Shown here: one piece after another, positions 47,123 to 56,658 of the stretch
Layout of the letters: every line of letters starts with the position of its first letter
Numbering within the stretch: the stretch's first letter is position 1
NCBI GenBank assembly: GCA_902788575.1
Contig: CADAKY010000007.1
Span: 2,743 to 66,742, forward strand
Source of the DNA: an uncultured bacterium
GTDB lineage: Bacteria; Cyanobacteriota; Vampirovibrionia; Gastranaerophilales; Gastranaerophilaceae
Direction of reading: 5' to 3'
DNA: 64,000 bases
Position numbers and translations under genes: made by a program
Notes under the pieces: model-generated
The model's database searches: none
What the model was told of the DNA's origin: nothing
The model's input: only the letters and a program-made list of their open reading frames with translations

Positions 47123-48196
47123 TTATGGTATAAGTACATTAAAGCTTGTGTTCTTTAAGATTTGTGACTCTACCCAAATTGTACCGCCCAAGCTCTGTAC
47201 CATATTTTTAACTGAAGCTAAAACCATTGCCCTAAGCACATTCTTTCTGTTAGTAGAATCTACAATTTTATAAGGATCAAACATACATTCCAAATCATTT
47301 TCAGATAATAGCAACGCGCTGCTTGATAATGAAATTATTGTATAAACACCTGACTGAATATTTTTAGATGATAAAAATTCTTCAGTCGGATTATACAGAT
47401 TAACATTAACATCACCCATATCAACTGATTTAAAGATAACTTCCAAAATATCTTGTAAGATGTTTTTTAAAATATCAGTATCCGTATTTATTGTTTTTTT
47501 GAAACCATCTTCATGTGTAACTGATATATTTATTTCCTTGCCCTTATAAAGCTGTTCATTAAATTTAACTACGGAATTTACCAGAGAAACAACATCTAAC
47601 GGTTTTTTTTCAGGCGATTTTAATGCAGTTTCAGATTGAGAGAATTCCAGCAATTTACCTATAAAATACATTAAATCAACTGAATTTTTATTTATAATTT
47701 TAATATATTTTTCCTGTTGTTCTGACATTGAGCCGCCAAGACCGTCTGACATAGCCTGAGAAAAACCGACAATCGACTGAATCGGTGATTTTAAATCATT
47801 TGATAATTTTAAAAGAAAATTATTTTTTTCACGATTAATTATCACCGGATCCTCTTCTTTATTCACAGGAGTTGAATTTTGAGCATCTCTGAAATCAAGA
47901 ACATAACCGTCTTCAATTTCTCTTGCCGTCATATCAAAATATGTTTCTTTATCGTTCAATTTAGCAATAACTTGCGCATTGGATGTTATTGCACTGTATA
48001 CAATATTAAGCCCGGTTTCAATAAAATCAGAAATATTTGATGTTAATAAATGCATACGAGAAGTTTCAAATATATCAGCAGCTAAATCATTTACCCACTG
48101 GATTCTGCCGTCTTTTGATATAAATACAATTGCATCAGGTAATGATTTTTCTACATCTATAGAATTTGTCTTAAATAAAATCTTTTTTATATCCAT
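47123..48196 (-). CDS. PAS domain plus degenerate histidine kinase (pseudokinase)
   Basis: PAS-like LPDAIVFI..DGRIQWVN; H-box reads LSNDLKSPIQSIVGFS; GGTIWVES retained. Confidence 0.75.
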   Translation of the reverse strand: MDIKKILFKTNSIDVEKSLPDAIVFISKDGRIQWVNDLAADIFETSRMHLLTSNISDFIETGLNIVYSAITSNAQVIAKLNDKETYFDMTAREIEDGYVLDFRDAQNSTPVNKEEDPVIINREKNNFLLKLSNDLKSPIQSIVGFSQAMSDGLGGSMSEQQEKYIKIINKNSVDLMYFIGKLLEFSQSETALKSPEKKPLDVVSLVNSVVKFNEQLYKGKEINISVTHEDGFKKTINTDTDILKNILQDILEVIFKSVDMGDVNVNLYNPTEEFLSSKNIQSGVYTIISLSSSALLLSENDLECMFDPYKIVDSTNRKNVLRAMVLASVKNMVQSLGGTIWVESQILKNTSFNVLIP

Positions 48197-48313
48197 GTTA
48201 TTAAACCTCTTTCAAGTATAATTTTATCACAAAATTACACTATTAAAAAAATATTAACTTTGGCTTAAACAGACGTTTTTTGTATTAATATAAATAGTAG
48301 AAAAGGAACAATT

Positions 48314-49345
48314 ATGAAATACAAAGACTATTATGAAATATTGGGAGTTTCAAGAGATGCGGACAGTTCAGCTATAAAATCCGCATACAGAAAACTTGCA
48401 CGCAAATATCATCCGGATGTTAATAAAACAAAAGAAGCAGAAGAAAAATTCAAGGATATAAATGAAGCTTATGAAGTGCTATCAGATAAAAACAAACGTC
48501 AAAGATATGACAGCTTAGGTTCAAACTGGCAGGGAGGCGCTGACTGGACACCGCCTCCGGGTTTTGAGAACTTCGGTTTTAATTTTAATCAAGGAGGCGC
48601 TCAGTCCTTTGATTTCGGCGGAAGCGGTTTTTCTGACTTCTTCAGTTCTCTGTTTGGGGACATGATGAGCGGAATGGGAGCCGGACAATCTTCTCGAGGC
48701 GGCTTTAGCGGATTTGATTTTGGCGGAGGACAAAGAAATTCTTCTGCAAGAAGACGCACAGCGCAAGATGCAAAACCGGAAGAATTAGACATAACAAAAA
48801 CCCTAAACGTAACTGCACGAGAACTTTTTGAAGGCAAACCTATTTCTGTTACATTCACAAATATAGAAAAATGTACACACTGCGACGGACATGGATATTG
48901 TTCTAATTGCGGAGGAACCGGTATTACATCCACTCCAAAAACAGTAAAAGTAAAGCTTCCGAAAGGGATAGAAGAAGGCAAAAAAATCCGACTAAAAGGT
49001 GAGGGTAAAACCGGAAGCTATGGTACAAAAGGTGACTTATATTTTGTTGTACATTTTAAAGACAACGAATACGAATTTGAAGATAATACATTAGTTAAAG
49101 ATGTCGAAATCACTCCTCCGGAAGCAGTTTTGGGGTGTAATAAAGATATTGTTACATTACACGGAAAGATTAACATAAAAATACCTGCAGGAGTTTCAAG
49201 CGGTCAAGCTTTAAGATTAAAACAATTAGGACTGCCGAATACTTCAGGATATGGAGATCTAAAAGCAAGAATAAAAATAATTGTGCCCAAAAATCAACCC
49301 AAAGAGGTTGTTGATTTGTATAAACGAATTTTAAGCCTGCAATAA
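48314..49345 (+). CDS. DnaJ/CbpA-family co-chaperone with a shortened zinc finger
   Basis: [14 protein letters not shown]-rich linker, [17 protein letters not shown], DnaJ C domain. Confidence 0.92.
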   Translation: MKYKDYYEILGVSRDADSSAIKSAYRKLARKYHPDVNKTKEAEEKFKDINEAYEVLSDKNKRQRYDSLGSNWQGGADWTPPPGFENFGFNFNQGGAQSFDFGGSGFSDFFSSLFGDMMSGMGAGQSSRGGFSGFDFGGGQRNSSARRRTAQDAKPEELDITKTLNVTARELFEGKPISVTFTNIEKCTHCDGHGYCSNCGGTGITSTPKTVKVKLPKGIEEGKKIRLKGEGKTGSYGTKGDLYFVVHFKDNEYEFEDNTLVKDVEITPPEAVLGCNKDIVTLHGKINIKIPAGVSSGQALRLKQLGLPNTSGYGDLKARIKIIVPKNQPKEVVDLYKRILSLQ

Positions 49346-49347
49346 GT

Positions 49348-49899
49348 TTAGTCTAAATCGTAATTAAGCATAGAAATTACTTTAATATCGTTGTTTTCGA
49401 GTTTTTCTCTGCCTTTCAAAGGATCAAGTTCGATAATAAAAGCAGATGCAACAACTTCCGCTCCGGCTTTTCGACACAAATTACAAGCTGCAACAGCAGT
49501 TCCCCCTGTTGCCAATAAATCATCTATTACAACTACTCTGTCGCCTTTTTTTAGGGCATCGGCATGCATTTCAATTGTATCTGTGCCGTATTCTAAAGAA
49601 TAAGATTCTTTTATTGTTTCAGCAGGAAGTTTATTCGGTTTTCTGATTGTTATAAATCCGGCATTTAATTTGTATGCCAAAGCCGCACCAAAAATAAACC
49701 CTCTCGATTCAATACCTGCGATATAATCTACTTTCTCATCTTTTAACTTTTCATATAAAAAATCGACCATTAATTGCATAGCTTTTTTATCTTTTATAGC
49801 TGTAGTTATATCAAGAAATAAAATCCCCGGTTTCGGGAAATCCGGAACTTGTCTCACATGTTCTCTTACATATTCATAATTATTGATTGTCATTGTCAT
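49348..49899 (-). CDS. apt: Adenine phosphoribosyltransferase
   Basis: PDFPKPGILFLDIT, GIESRGF, YSLEYG, IDDLLATGGT. Confidence 0.97.
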   Translation of the reverse strand: MTMTINNYEYVREHVRQVPDFPKPGILFLDITTAIKDKKAMQLMVDFLYEKLKDEKVDYIAGIESRGFIFGAALAYKLNAGFITIRKPNKLPAETIKESYSLEYGTDTIEMHADALKKGDRVVVIDDLLATGGTAVAACNLCRKAGAEVVASAFIIELDPLKGREKLENNDIKVISMLNYDLD

Positions 49900-51302
49900 T
49901 TTAATACCTCTTGTAATCTATTCTGCATATCTTGTAATTTATCTTGTAATTTTTTTAATTTTTTATTTATTTTATCTTTAATTTTTTCTTTTTCTTCTTT
50001 TACAAGTCCGTGAGCTGTTTTACCCCAATTCATATCTTTTTTACAAAAAAGAATCTTCCCGCAAATAAACAACTCCATGGGGAACCATATAATCAAAAAG
50101 TAAAGTGTTGTTATAAAAGCCTGCCTGAAAGATTGAATTATCGGCACATTATCATACCTTCTCAAGCTATAGCGAATCAAAGAGAAAAATCCCAGCCAAA
50201 CAACAGATGCAACGATTAAAGAAGACCAAAGCACATTATGTAAACTATACGGATCTACTTTATCGGCAAAAAGCTTAATAATTCTGAATATAACCTCCAT
50301 CATAAACCACAAAGGCATAATAAATTGAGTTATATAAACAGTCATATCCAGTTGTGCCCTGAGAGACATTTTTTTTGATGTTATAGCTGCCCAAAAATAC
50401 TCTAAATATCTCCGGATTGTTCCTTCCAACCATCTTCTTCTTTGTCTGAATAACGGGAAAAGATACACAATACCTTCTTCATACACACAAGCATCCGGAC
50501 AGAAGCGAACGTCCCAGCCCTTTATGTGTAATCTTGTAGACATGTCCAAATCATCAGTAATCGTATAATTATTCCATCCGCCTATATCTTCTAGTGCTGT
50601 ACGTTTTATAAGTTCCCCGTTTCCTCTCAATTCTACAGCGCCTTTTACAGCATCTCTTCCGACCTGAAGATGAGTGTCCATTGTATATTCATTATTTTGG
50701 CATTTTGTTAAAATATTTACATCTTTGTTTCTTATAATTTTTCTTGCCTGAACGGCTCCTACATCAGCCGGCTCAAGATGATGAATTAATTTATTCAAGA
50801 AATCCGGTTCTACTGTGGCATCTGCATCAAAAACAAGGATAGCATCGCCCTTAGCTACAGTTAAAGCATCATTTAAAACTGCTGATTTTCCCGGAAATGC
50901 ATTTTTATCCCTTATAATAGAAACAACATTTTCAAATTTTTCAGACAAATCTTTTATAACCGATGCTGTATTATCAGTGCTTCTATCATCAATGAGAATT
51001 ATTTCATAATTAGGATAATCAATATTTCTTATATTTTCTACAGTATCAGCAATAACACTTTCTTCATTATGTGCAGGAATCATTATTGAAACAAAAGGCT
51101 TATAATTTTCATTAATAACCAGCGGATGTTTTTTAAGTTTACGTTTTTGGTACAATGTTGCAGCTATAGAGTAAAGTCCGTATATAACCATACATACGCA
51201 CAGAATAACAAAACCTACAACTGTATTAACATAATTCTGAAATATGTATAAAAATACACCCAACCCTGCTAATATAACGAATAAAAGAAATCTTTCTCTC
51301 AT
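49896..51302 (-). CDS. GT2 glycosyltransferase, MgdA-like (monoglucosyldiacylglycerol synthase)
   Basis: IPAHNEE, DDRSTD, GKSAVLN, VFDADA, ELRGNG, TITDDLD, QRRRWLEG; start ATG 51302 behind GGAG. Confidence 0.75.
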   Translation of the reverse strand: MRERFLLFVILAGLGVFLYIFQNYVNTVVGFVILCVCMVIYGLYSIAATLYQKRKLKKHPLVINENYKPFVSIMIPAHNEESVIADTVENIRNIDYPNYEIILIDDRSTDNTASVIKDLSEKFENVVSIIRDKNAFPGKSAVLNDALTVAKGDAILVFDADATVEPDFLNKLIHHLEPADVGAVQARKIIRNKDVNILTKCQNNEYTMDTHLQVGRDAVKGAVELRGNGELIKRTALEDIGGWNNYTITDDLDMSTRLHIKGWDVRFCPDACVYEEGIVYLFPLFRQRRRWLEGTIRRYLEYFWAAITSKKMSLRAQLDMTVYITQFIMPLWFMMEVIFRIIKLFADKVDPYSLHNVLWSSLIVASVVWLGFFSLIRYSLRRYDNVPIIQSFRQAFITTLYFLIIWFPMELFICGKILFCKKDMNWGKTAHGLVKEEKEKIKDKINKKLKKLQDKLQDMQNRLQEVLK

Positions 51303-51347
51303 ACTGTCTCCAACGATAAACATTATATCAAAAATAAAACTTTTTCC

Positions 51348-51365
51348 GTTGTAAATTTTTGTAAA
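51348..51365. promoter_or_regulatory. HLR1-like direct repeat in the GT2/lptB divergent region
   Basis: Minus strand TTTACAAA-aa-TTTACAAC, one mismatch. Confidence 0.5.
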
Positions 51366-51456
51366 TAGTTTTATAACAGGGGTAATTAAACAGAGGTAAA
51401 TAAAGTTATTTTGTAGTAAAATTACATGTGAAAAAGTTAAATTTTGGGGAGCTTAA

Positions 51457-52182
51457 ATGAGAATTGAAGCAGAGAACTTAGTAAAAATATATGGAGACAG
51501 AAGCGTAGTAAATGATATTTCATTTTATATGGAAAAAGGAGAGGTTGTTTGTCTTTTAGGACCGAACGGTGCCGGTAAGACAACTACTTTTTATATGATT
51601 GTCGGACTTGTTAAGCCGAATATGGGTCACGTTTATATTGACGGGAAAGACATTACGGCTTGGCCGATGAATCTGCGTGCTAAAGCTGGAATCGGATATT
51701 TACCTCAAGAGAATTCTATATTCAGAAAACTTACGGTTGAAGATAATTTAAAACTTGTATTAGAAATGAATGAAAAGCTCACGATTGATGAAAAGAAAAG
51801 AAAACTGGAAGAATTATTAAATGAATTTGGTGTCGAAAGGTTAAGAAAATATCCCTCTGTAGCACTATCAGGTGGGGAAAGAAGACGTGTTGAAATTGCA
51901 AGAGCTCTTGCCGCAAGTCCTGACTTTATGCTTTTAGATGAACCTTTTGCAGGTATTGACCCGATTGCAATCGGCGAAATTAAAGAAAACATCAGAAAAA
52001 TTTCAGAAGATAAGGGATTAGGTATACTTATTACAGACCACAATCCAAAAGCAACATTATCTATTACAGACAGAGCGTATGTTATTTTTGACGGACAGAT
52101 AAAAATTCAGGGTGCAAGCAAAGATGTTGCAAACGACCCTGTCGCTAAAGAATTTTATTTGGGAAAGGATTTCCAGCTTTAA
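51457..52182 (+). CDS. lptB: LPS export ABC transporter ATP-binding protein
   Basis: GPNGAGKTTTFYM, GYLPQE.SIFRKL, LSGGERRRVEIARAL, DEPFAGIDP, ITDHN. Confidence 0.96.
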   Translation: MRIEAENLVKIYGDRSVVNDISFYMEKGEVVCLLGPNGAGKTTTFYMIVGLVKPNMGHVYIDGKDITAWPMNLRAKAGIGYLPQENSIFRKLTVEDNLKLVLEMNEKLTIDEKKRKLEELLNEFGVERLRKYPSVALSGGERRRVEIARALAASPDFMLLDEPFAGIDPIAIGEIKENIRKISEDKGLGILITDHNPKATLSITDRAYVIFDGQIKIQGASKDVANDPVAKEFYLGKDFQL

Positions 52183-53306
52183 TGAAAAAATTATTCACTG
52201 TTTATGACAGATATATATTTATGCAAATTCTGACAACAACACTTGTTGCGATTTTGTTATTTACAATTGTCTGGATTGCACCGGAAATGCTTTTGAATAC
52301 AATAAAAGACGTTCTTGATGGTGACTATACAGCAAAAACCGGAGTTTTAATATTATTTTATGAATTACCGAAAATTCTCGGAAAAGCCTTCCCTGTAGGA
52401 TTATTGCTGGGATCATTATTTACATTTGATAAATTATGTAAAGATTCAGAACTTACAATATTCAGAGCTGTAGGTATGTCATTTAAAAGAATACTCGTTC
52501 CGGTTGTTACATTGAGTTTAATTTTTACATACCTATGTTTTATTACTTATGACAAGCTGATTCCGATATCTTGTCAAAAACTTGCAGAAATAAAGGGTTC
52601 TCGAACCGTTACACAATTCATATACACAAAAAAAGATGATAAAGGATATCCCAAACAGGCTATTATCGTATCTAAATTTGCACAAAATAAAATGTCGGAC
52701 ATTATAGTACTAAACTTTTCACAACAAGTTTTTAATGATTTACACGGGTTATCAAATATTCACGTAGCAGAAAGCGGCGAAAAAGGAACAAATTCCGAAG
52801 GACAACCCTGCTGGAATCTTAGCGATATAACTTCTTACGTAATAAATGAAGACGGAATTTTTCATGAAATTGCAACTAAAAAACACGGAGAAATTCTTAC
52901 CGGACAAGATGCCGAAGATGCTCTCTCTTTGATGGTTAATTCTACAAAACGCGACAGAGACATTACAAACAAAGATTTGTGGAAATATATATTATTATTA
53001 AAAAGAGAAAATCTTGATGAAACATACAGACTAATGCTTAATAAATATTTCCAGAGATTTTTACATCCGTTTGTATGCGTTCTGCTAGCTGTTCTGGGGT
53101 GCATACTCGGATTTAACAAACCGAGAGAACAACGACTCATTGGTTTTACAATCGCAATAGGTTGTATATTTGTGTATTATATTACACTTCCGTTTTTCGA
53201 TTTACTCGCCGAAAAAGGTGTTTTGCATCCTATTATTACGGCAACAATACCACCGGCAGTATTTTTATTTGCAATTATCAGTTTTTACAAGACAAAGGAT
53301 TTATAA
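52182..53306 (+). CDS. LptF/LptG family permease
   Basis: YDRYI, DSELTIFRAVGMS, 3+3 TM layout, follows lptB. Confidence 0.9.
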   Translation: MKKLFTVYDRYIFMQILTTTLVAILLFTIVWIAPEMLLNTIKDVLDGDYTAKTGVLILFYELPKILGKAFPVGLLLGSLFTFDKLCKDSELTIFRAVGMSFKRILVPVVTLSLIFTYLCFITYDKLIPISCQKLAEIKGSRTVTQFIYTKKDDKGYPKQAIIVSKFAQNKMSDIIVLNFSQQVFNDLHGLSNIHVAESGEKGTNSEGQPCWNLSDITSYVINEDGIFHEIATKKHGEILTGQDAEDALSLMVNSTKRDRDITNKDLWKYILLLKRENLDETYRLMLNKYFQRFLHPFVCVLLAVLGCILGFNKPREQRLIGFTIAIGCIFVYYITLPFFDLLAEKGVLHPIITATIPPAVFLFAIISFYKTKDL

Positions 53307-53307
53307 T

Positions 53308-54123
53308 ATGAAAAAATTATTTGCATTATTGATTACAATTCTAACACTAATCGGAATAGTACACGCTTCCGGCATTCAGATGGATTACAATGACGGAATC
53401 TATCACTTTGTATTAAACGGGGACAAAATTAAAAAGCGTATGCAATTTGTTGCATCACCATCACTTATAACAAACAAAACCGCACACGATAATGCAAAAT
53501 CTGTATTTACAATTAATACAGGGTTCTTTGACCCTAAAAACCAAAAAACAATATCATACATAGTAAACGGTTCACAAATTGTCGAAGATCCGTTATTTAA
53601 TGAAAACCTAATGGGTAACCCCGTTTTGAGACAAAATTTGCAAAAAATATTAAACAGAACAGAGTTCAGAATTCTTGACTGCGACAGCAAATTAAAATTT
53701 GAAATTGCGCAGCATAATTCAAGCGTAGACTTTCTGTGTTCCGTTAAAGAATCTGCACAGGGAGGGCCTCAGCTTTTACCGAATTTAAGACTGGAAGAAG
53801 AGTTTTTCATAGTAAAAGATGAAGAGGGTAATGTAATCAGAGAATCGGCTTCTGTATTACACAGAGTTCCGAGAACATTAATCGGCATAAAAAATCTTCC
53901 GAAGGGTGAACAAGAAGCGCACATTTTTATAGTAACAAACAAACACCCAATGGATATTTTTGAAGCAAGAGATTTGTGCAAGTCTTACAATTTAGACAGC
54001 GCAATGGCATTTGACGGAGGAAGTTCAACCTCATTAAATTATAAAGATATTTCTGTTGTATCGACACAAGATTCAGGCGATACAGGAAGAGCATTAAAAT
54101 CATTTTTAATAATCAAAAACTAA
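53308..54123 (+). CDS. Exported phosphodiester glycosidase (NAGPA) family protein
   Basis: Signal peptide; INTGFFD, GGPQL, PRTLIG, AMAFDGGSST. Confidence 0.88.
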   Translation: MKKLFALLITILTLIGIVHASGIQMDYNDGIYHFVLNGDKIKKRMQFVASPSLITNKTAHDNAKSVFTINTGFFDPKNQKTISYIVNGSQIVEDPLFNENLMGNPVLRQNLQKILNRTEFRILDCDSKLKFEIAQHNSSVDFLCSVKESAQGGPQLLPNLRLEEEFFIVKDEEGNVIRESASVLHRVPRTLIGIKNLPKGEQEAHIFIVTNKHPMDIFEARDLCKSYNLDSAMAFDGGSSTSLNYKDISVVSTQDSGDTGRALKSFLIIKN

Positions 54124-54128
54124 TCTGA

Positions 54129-55283
54129 TTAAATGTCAAACGGGTCATCTGTTTTATAGAAATTGGTTTTTCGTTTCTTAATTTTGTCATTGCGTTTCTT
54201 AACGTCTTTAGAAACATGCTTATAGGCGTTATCCAAAGATATTTTTGCCAACGGCTTGTTTGTTCTTCTGTCGTTTACACCAAGCCAAAAAGAGTTTTTA
54301 ACATTATGCACAGCAAAAGATATTCTGCCGGCGAATCTGTCTCCGGGCTTAATCTGTGAGAATAACAAACTGGTATCTCCGAATATAGACGGGTTAAAAA
54401 CAGAATCATAATCGTTTATCAAAAACAAATCCATGCCGGAAAAAGTTCTATCTGACATATTTGTAATTGAAACAGAAAGAGTTATTGTATTTACTTCCCC
54501 AAACGGATCTTTTTCAAAAAGGATATTTGAAATTCTTATTTCAAGTCCGGGATAATTTAATTCTTTTTTCTTTAAAGCATCTTCTTTGTAAACAGGAAGT
54601 TCAACACTGGATAAGATTCGCACCTTAATTTCGTCTCCTGGGGAAATAAGTACATTTTTACCTTTTCTGTACAGAGACATGCCCAGTCCGACAGCCCCAC
54701 CGATAGCAGCGCCGCCGGCAACAGTGTAACCGTGCGAAGCTATTGCCGCTTCAATACCAAGAGCCTGTACTGCAAACAGTCCTCCGACAACACCGCCGGC
54801 TGCCGTATATCCGACATCTGTAGCAACAATTTTAGCGGCTTCTTTTACTGGATGAAGTCTTGTAGACATTTTTCCTTCAATCGGAATTTCTCTTCCGTCC
54901 GGAGTTGTAAGAGTATCGAAGCTTAAATCCATATAACCGTTTCGCCCAAGTCTTTTGGCTTCGGCAGTCTGAACTATTGTACCATGCGCTATTGAGCCTT
55001 TAGGAATTATTACACCTTTATCACCGATAACGTCAGAAGTCACTTCTGCAAAAAATTCATCACCTTCTAAAGAAAATGAGCCGTCTAAGACCTGTGACAC
55101 TGTCATATTAATAACATCTCTTTTATCAAGAGTTTCAGTTTTACCTGTAAAAATATCCTCCTGAGGCATGGCAAATTCTTTGTCATACTCAGCGTGCCCC
55201 TGAAAGCGAGTGTTTTCATCAGAATATGCACAAGGTAATGACATTACGGATACTAGTAATAATATTGCTAACCTCTTCCTCAT
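54129..55283 (-). CDS. Exported hypothetical protein (TrbI-like beta domain, Gly-zipper, Ig-like C-terminus)
   Basis: Signal peptide; IPKGS...G.I, AGGAAIGGAVGLG, C-terminal beta sandwich pattern. Confidence 0.65.
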   Translation of the reverse strand: MRKRLAILLLVSVMSLPCAYSDENTRFQGHAEYDKEFAMPQEDIFTGKTETLDKRDVINMTVSQVLDGSFSLEGDEFFAEVTSDVIGDKGVIIPKGSIAHGTIVQTAEAKRLGRNGYMDLSFDTLTTPDGREIPIEGKMSTRLHPVKEAAKIVATDVGYTAAGGVVGGLFAVQALGIEAAIASHGYTVAGGAAIGGAVGLGMSLYRKGKNVLISPGDEIKVRILSSVELPVYKEDALKKKELNYPGLEIRISNILFEKDPFGEVNTITLSVSITNMSDRTFSGMDLFLINDYDSVFNPSIFGDTSLLFSQIKPGDRFAGRISFAVHNVKNSFWLGVNDRRTNKPLAKISLDNAYKHVSKDVKKRNDKIKKRKTNFYKTDDPFDI

Positions 55284-55322
55284 AATTAAATTATACTACT
55301 TTTTATTAATTTCACCAATAGG

Positions 55323-55892
55323 TTATTTTTTAAGAAGACTGTTATATATATCAATAGTTTGGGTACAAATAGTAAGTTCTCTGTCTACAAGACTTTTTAT
55401 AGTATTTTTGTAACAAACAAGAATTGCTTTATCCAATCCGTTTTCTTCGTTCAATAAATGTTTTAATTCTGTACATTCTTTCGGGCGCGTGCGTTCTTCA
55501 ATTTTGTCTGCAAGAAAAACAATCTTTTCCAGCATAGTCATGTCGATTTTTCCGATGGTATGCCACCTTATTGCGGAAAGTATTTCTTCATCTTCAACAC
55601 CAAACTGAGTTTTTGCAATATAGACTCCTGCCGGAGCATGGTGTGTTTTGGGGTTTTCCGATTCTCCGCATTCAAGAGTGACAAAATTTTCTATTATATT
55701 TTGCATTTCATTATTTGGTAAACATTTTGCGCAATCATGAATCAAACCTGCAAAATATGCCTTTTGCGGATTTATCCCGTATTTTTTTGCAAGATATTCA
55801 GCGCATTCTGCAGTCCCGAGTGAATGCTCATATCTTTCCTGAGTTAAATTAGCTTTGAGCCAGTTATTTATGTATTCAATCGTACAAACCAT
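55323..55892 (-). CDS. yqeK: Symmetrical Ap4A hydrolase YqeK (HD domain)
   Basis: RYEHSLG, GLIHDCAK, AIRWHTIG, VFLADKIE; downstream of nadD. Confidence 0.92.
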   Translation of the reverse strand: MVCTIEYINNWLKANLTQERYEHSLGTAECAEYLAKKYGINPQKAYFAGLIHDCAKCLPNNEMQNIIENFVTLECGESENPKTHHAPAGVYIAKTQFGVEDEEILSAIRWHTIGKIDMTMLEKIVFLADKIEERTRPKECTELKHLLNEENGLDKAILVCYKNTIKSLVDRELTICTQTIDIYNSLLKK

Positions 55893-56433
55893 TTAATTTA
55901 ATATACTCCTCTACTTTTTTATTACAGCCTGCTCCATGCTTTGCTCGGAGATCTGTTGATGATAAATCAACCTTGGGCATATTAACTATTTCAAAGCTAT
56001 AATCACTAAAATCTTCTGCATTTATTATATCTTCCCCCCTTGGGAAAACAATAAAATGAACAAGCTTGCTGAGTTCTTCAGTGTGAAACCATGTCTTAAT
56101 ATTTTTAAAAGCGTCTGTTCCAATAATAAAATTGAGTTTGTTTTTTAAATTATATTCATCAATGATTTTTTTTACCGTTATTAATGAATAAGATTTGCCT
56201 TCCGAACGGTATTCGATATCAGATATTGCAAACTTGCTGTTTTCGGCAATTGCAAGTTTAACCATGTTATATCTATGTAATGCCAGATTTTTATTGATAT
56301 CCTTGTGCGGAGGAATGTATGCTGGTATAAAAACAATCTTGTCAAACCCGAATTCTTTCAATGCAAAATCAGCCATTTTTAGATGACCGGCATGAATAGG
56401 ATTAAAAGTTCCGGGAAAAATACAAATATTCAT
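55876..56433 (-). CDS. nadD: Nicotinate-nucleotide adenylyltransferase
   Basis: PGTFNPIHAGH, PPHK, FIIGTD, LSSTDLR. Confidence 0.95.
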   Translation of the reverse strand: MNICIFPGTFNPIHAGHLKMADFALKEFGFDKIVFIPAYIPPHKDINKNLALHRYNMVKLAIAENSKFAISDIEYRSEGKSYSLITVKKIIDEYNLKNKLNFIIGTDAFKNIKTWFHTEELSKLVHFIVFPRGEDIINAEDFSDYSFEIVNMPKVDLSSTDLRAKHGAGCNKKVEEYIKLNGLYD

Positions 56434-56529
56434 AGGTTAATTTTATATCAAATATATGAATTTGTAAGTATAAAAGTTACCTTTTACTTCCATTCATGAT
56501 TAGAAATTGTAAAGTTTTATTACAAAAAA

Positions 56530-56558
56530 GCAATTTTTTAAACTAAAAAAACTTTATA
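56530..56558 (+). promoter_or_regulatory. GCAATT-N15-ACTTTATA motif, copy 5
   Basis: GCAATT-ttttaaactaaaaaa-ACTTTATA, upstream of and in tandem with a sigma-28 promoter. Confidence 0.6.
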
Positions 56559-56623
56559 TAAAATATAAAACAAAAAATGAGAAACGAGGATATAATACGA
56601 TTTCACCGTCGTAGTGATTTTGT

Positions 56624-56641
56624 ATTGTAAATTTTTGTAAC
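56624..56641. promoter_or_regulatory. HLR1-like direct repeat (perfect)
   Basis: Minus strand GTTACAAA-aa-TTTACAAT, 17 bp upstream of the sigma-28 -35. Confidence 0.7.
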
Positions 56642-56658
56642 AATTCACCGAAAAAGAC

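Noticed and set aside
56508-56524. NtcA-like palindrome TGTA...TACA
   Set aside because: Spacing is GTA-N9-TAC rather than N8; the similar palindrome at 3524-3542 is N5.
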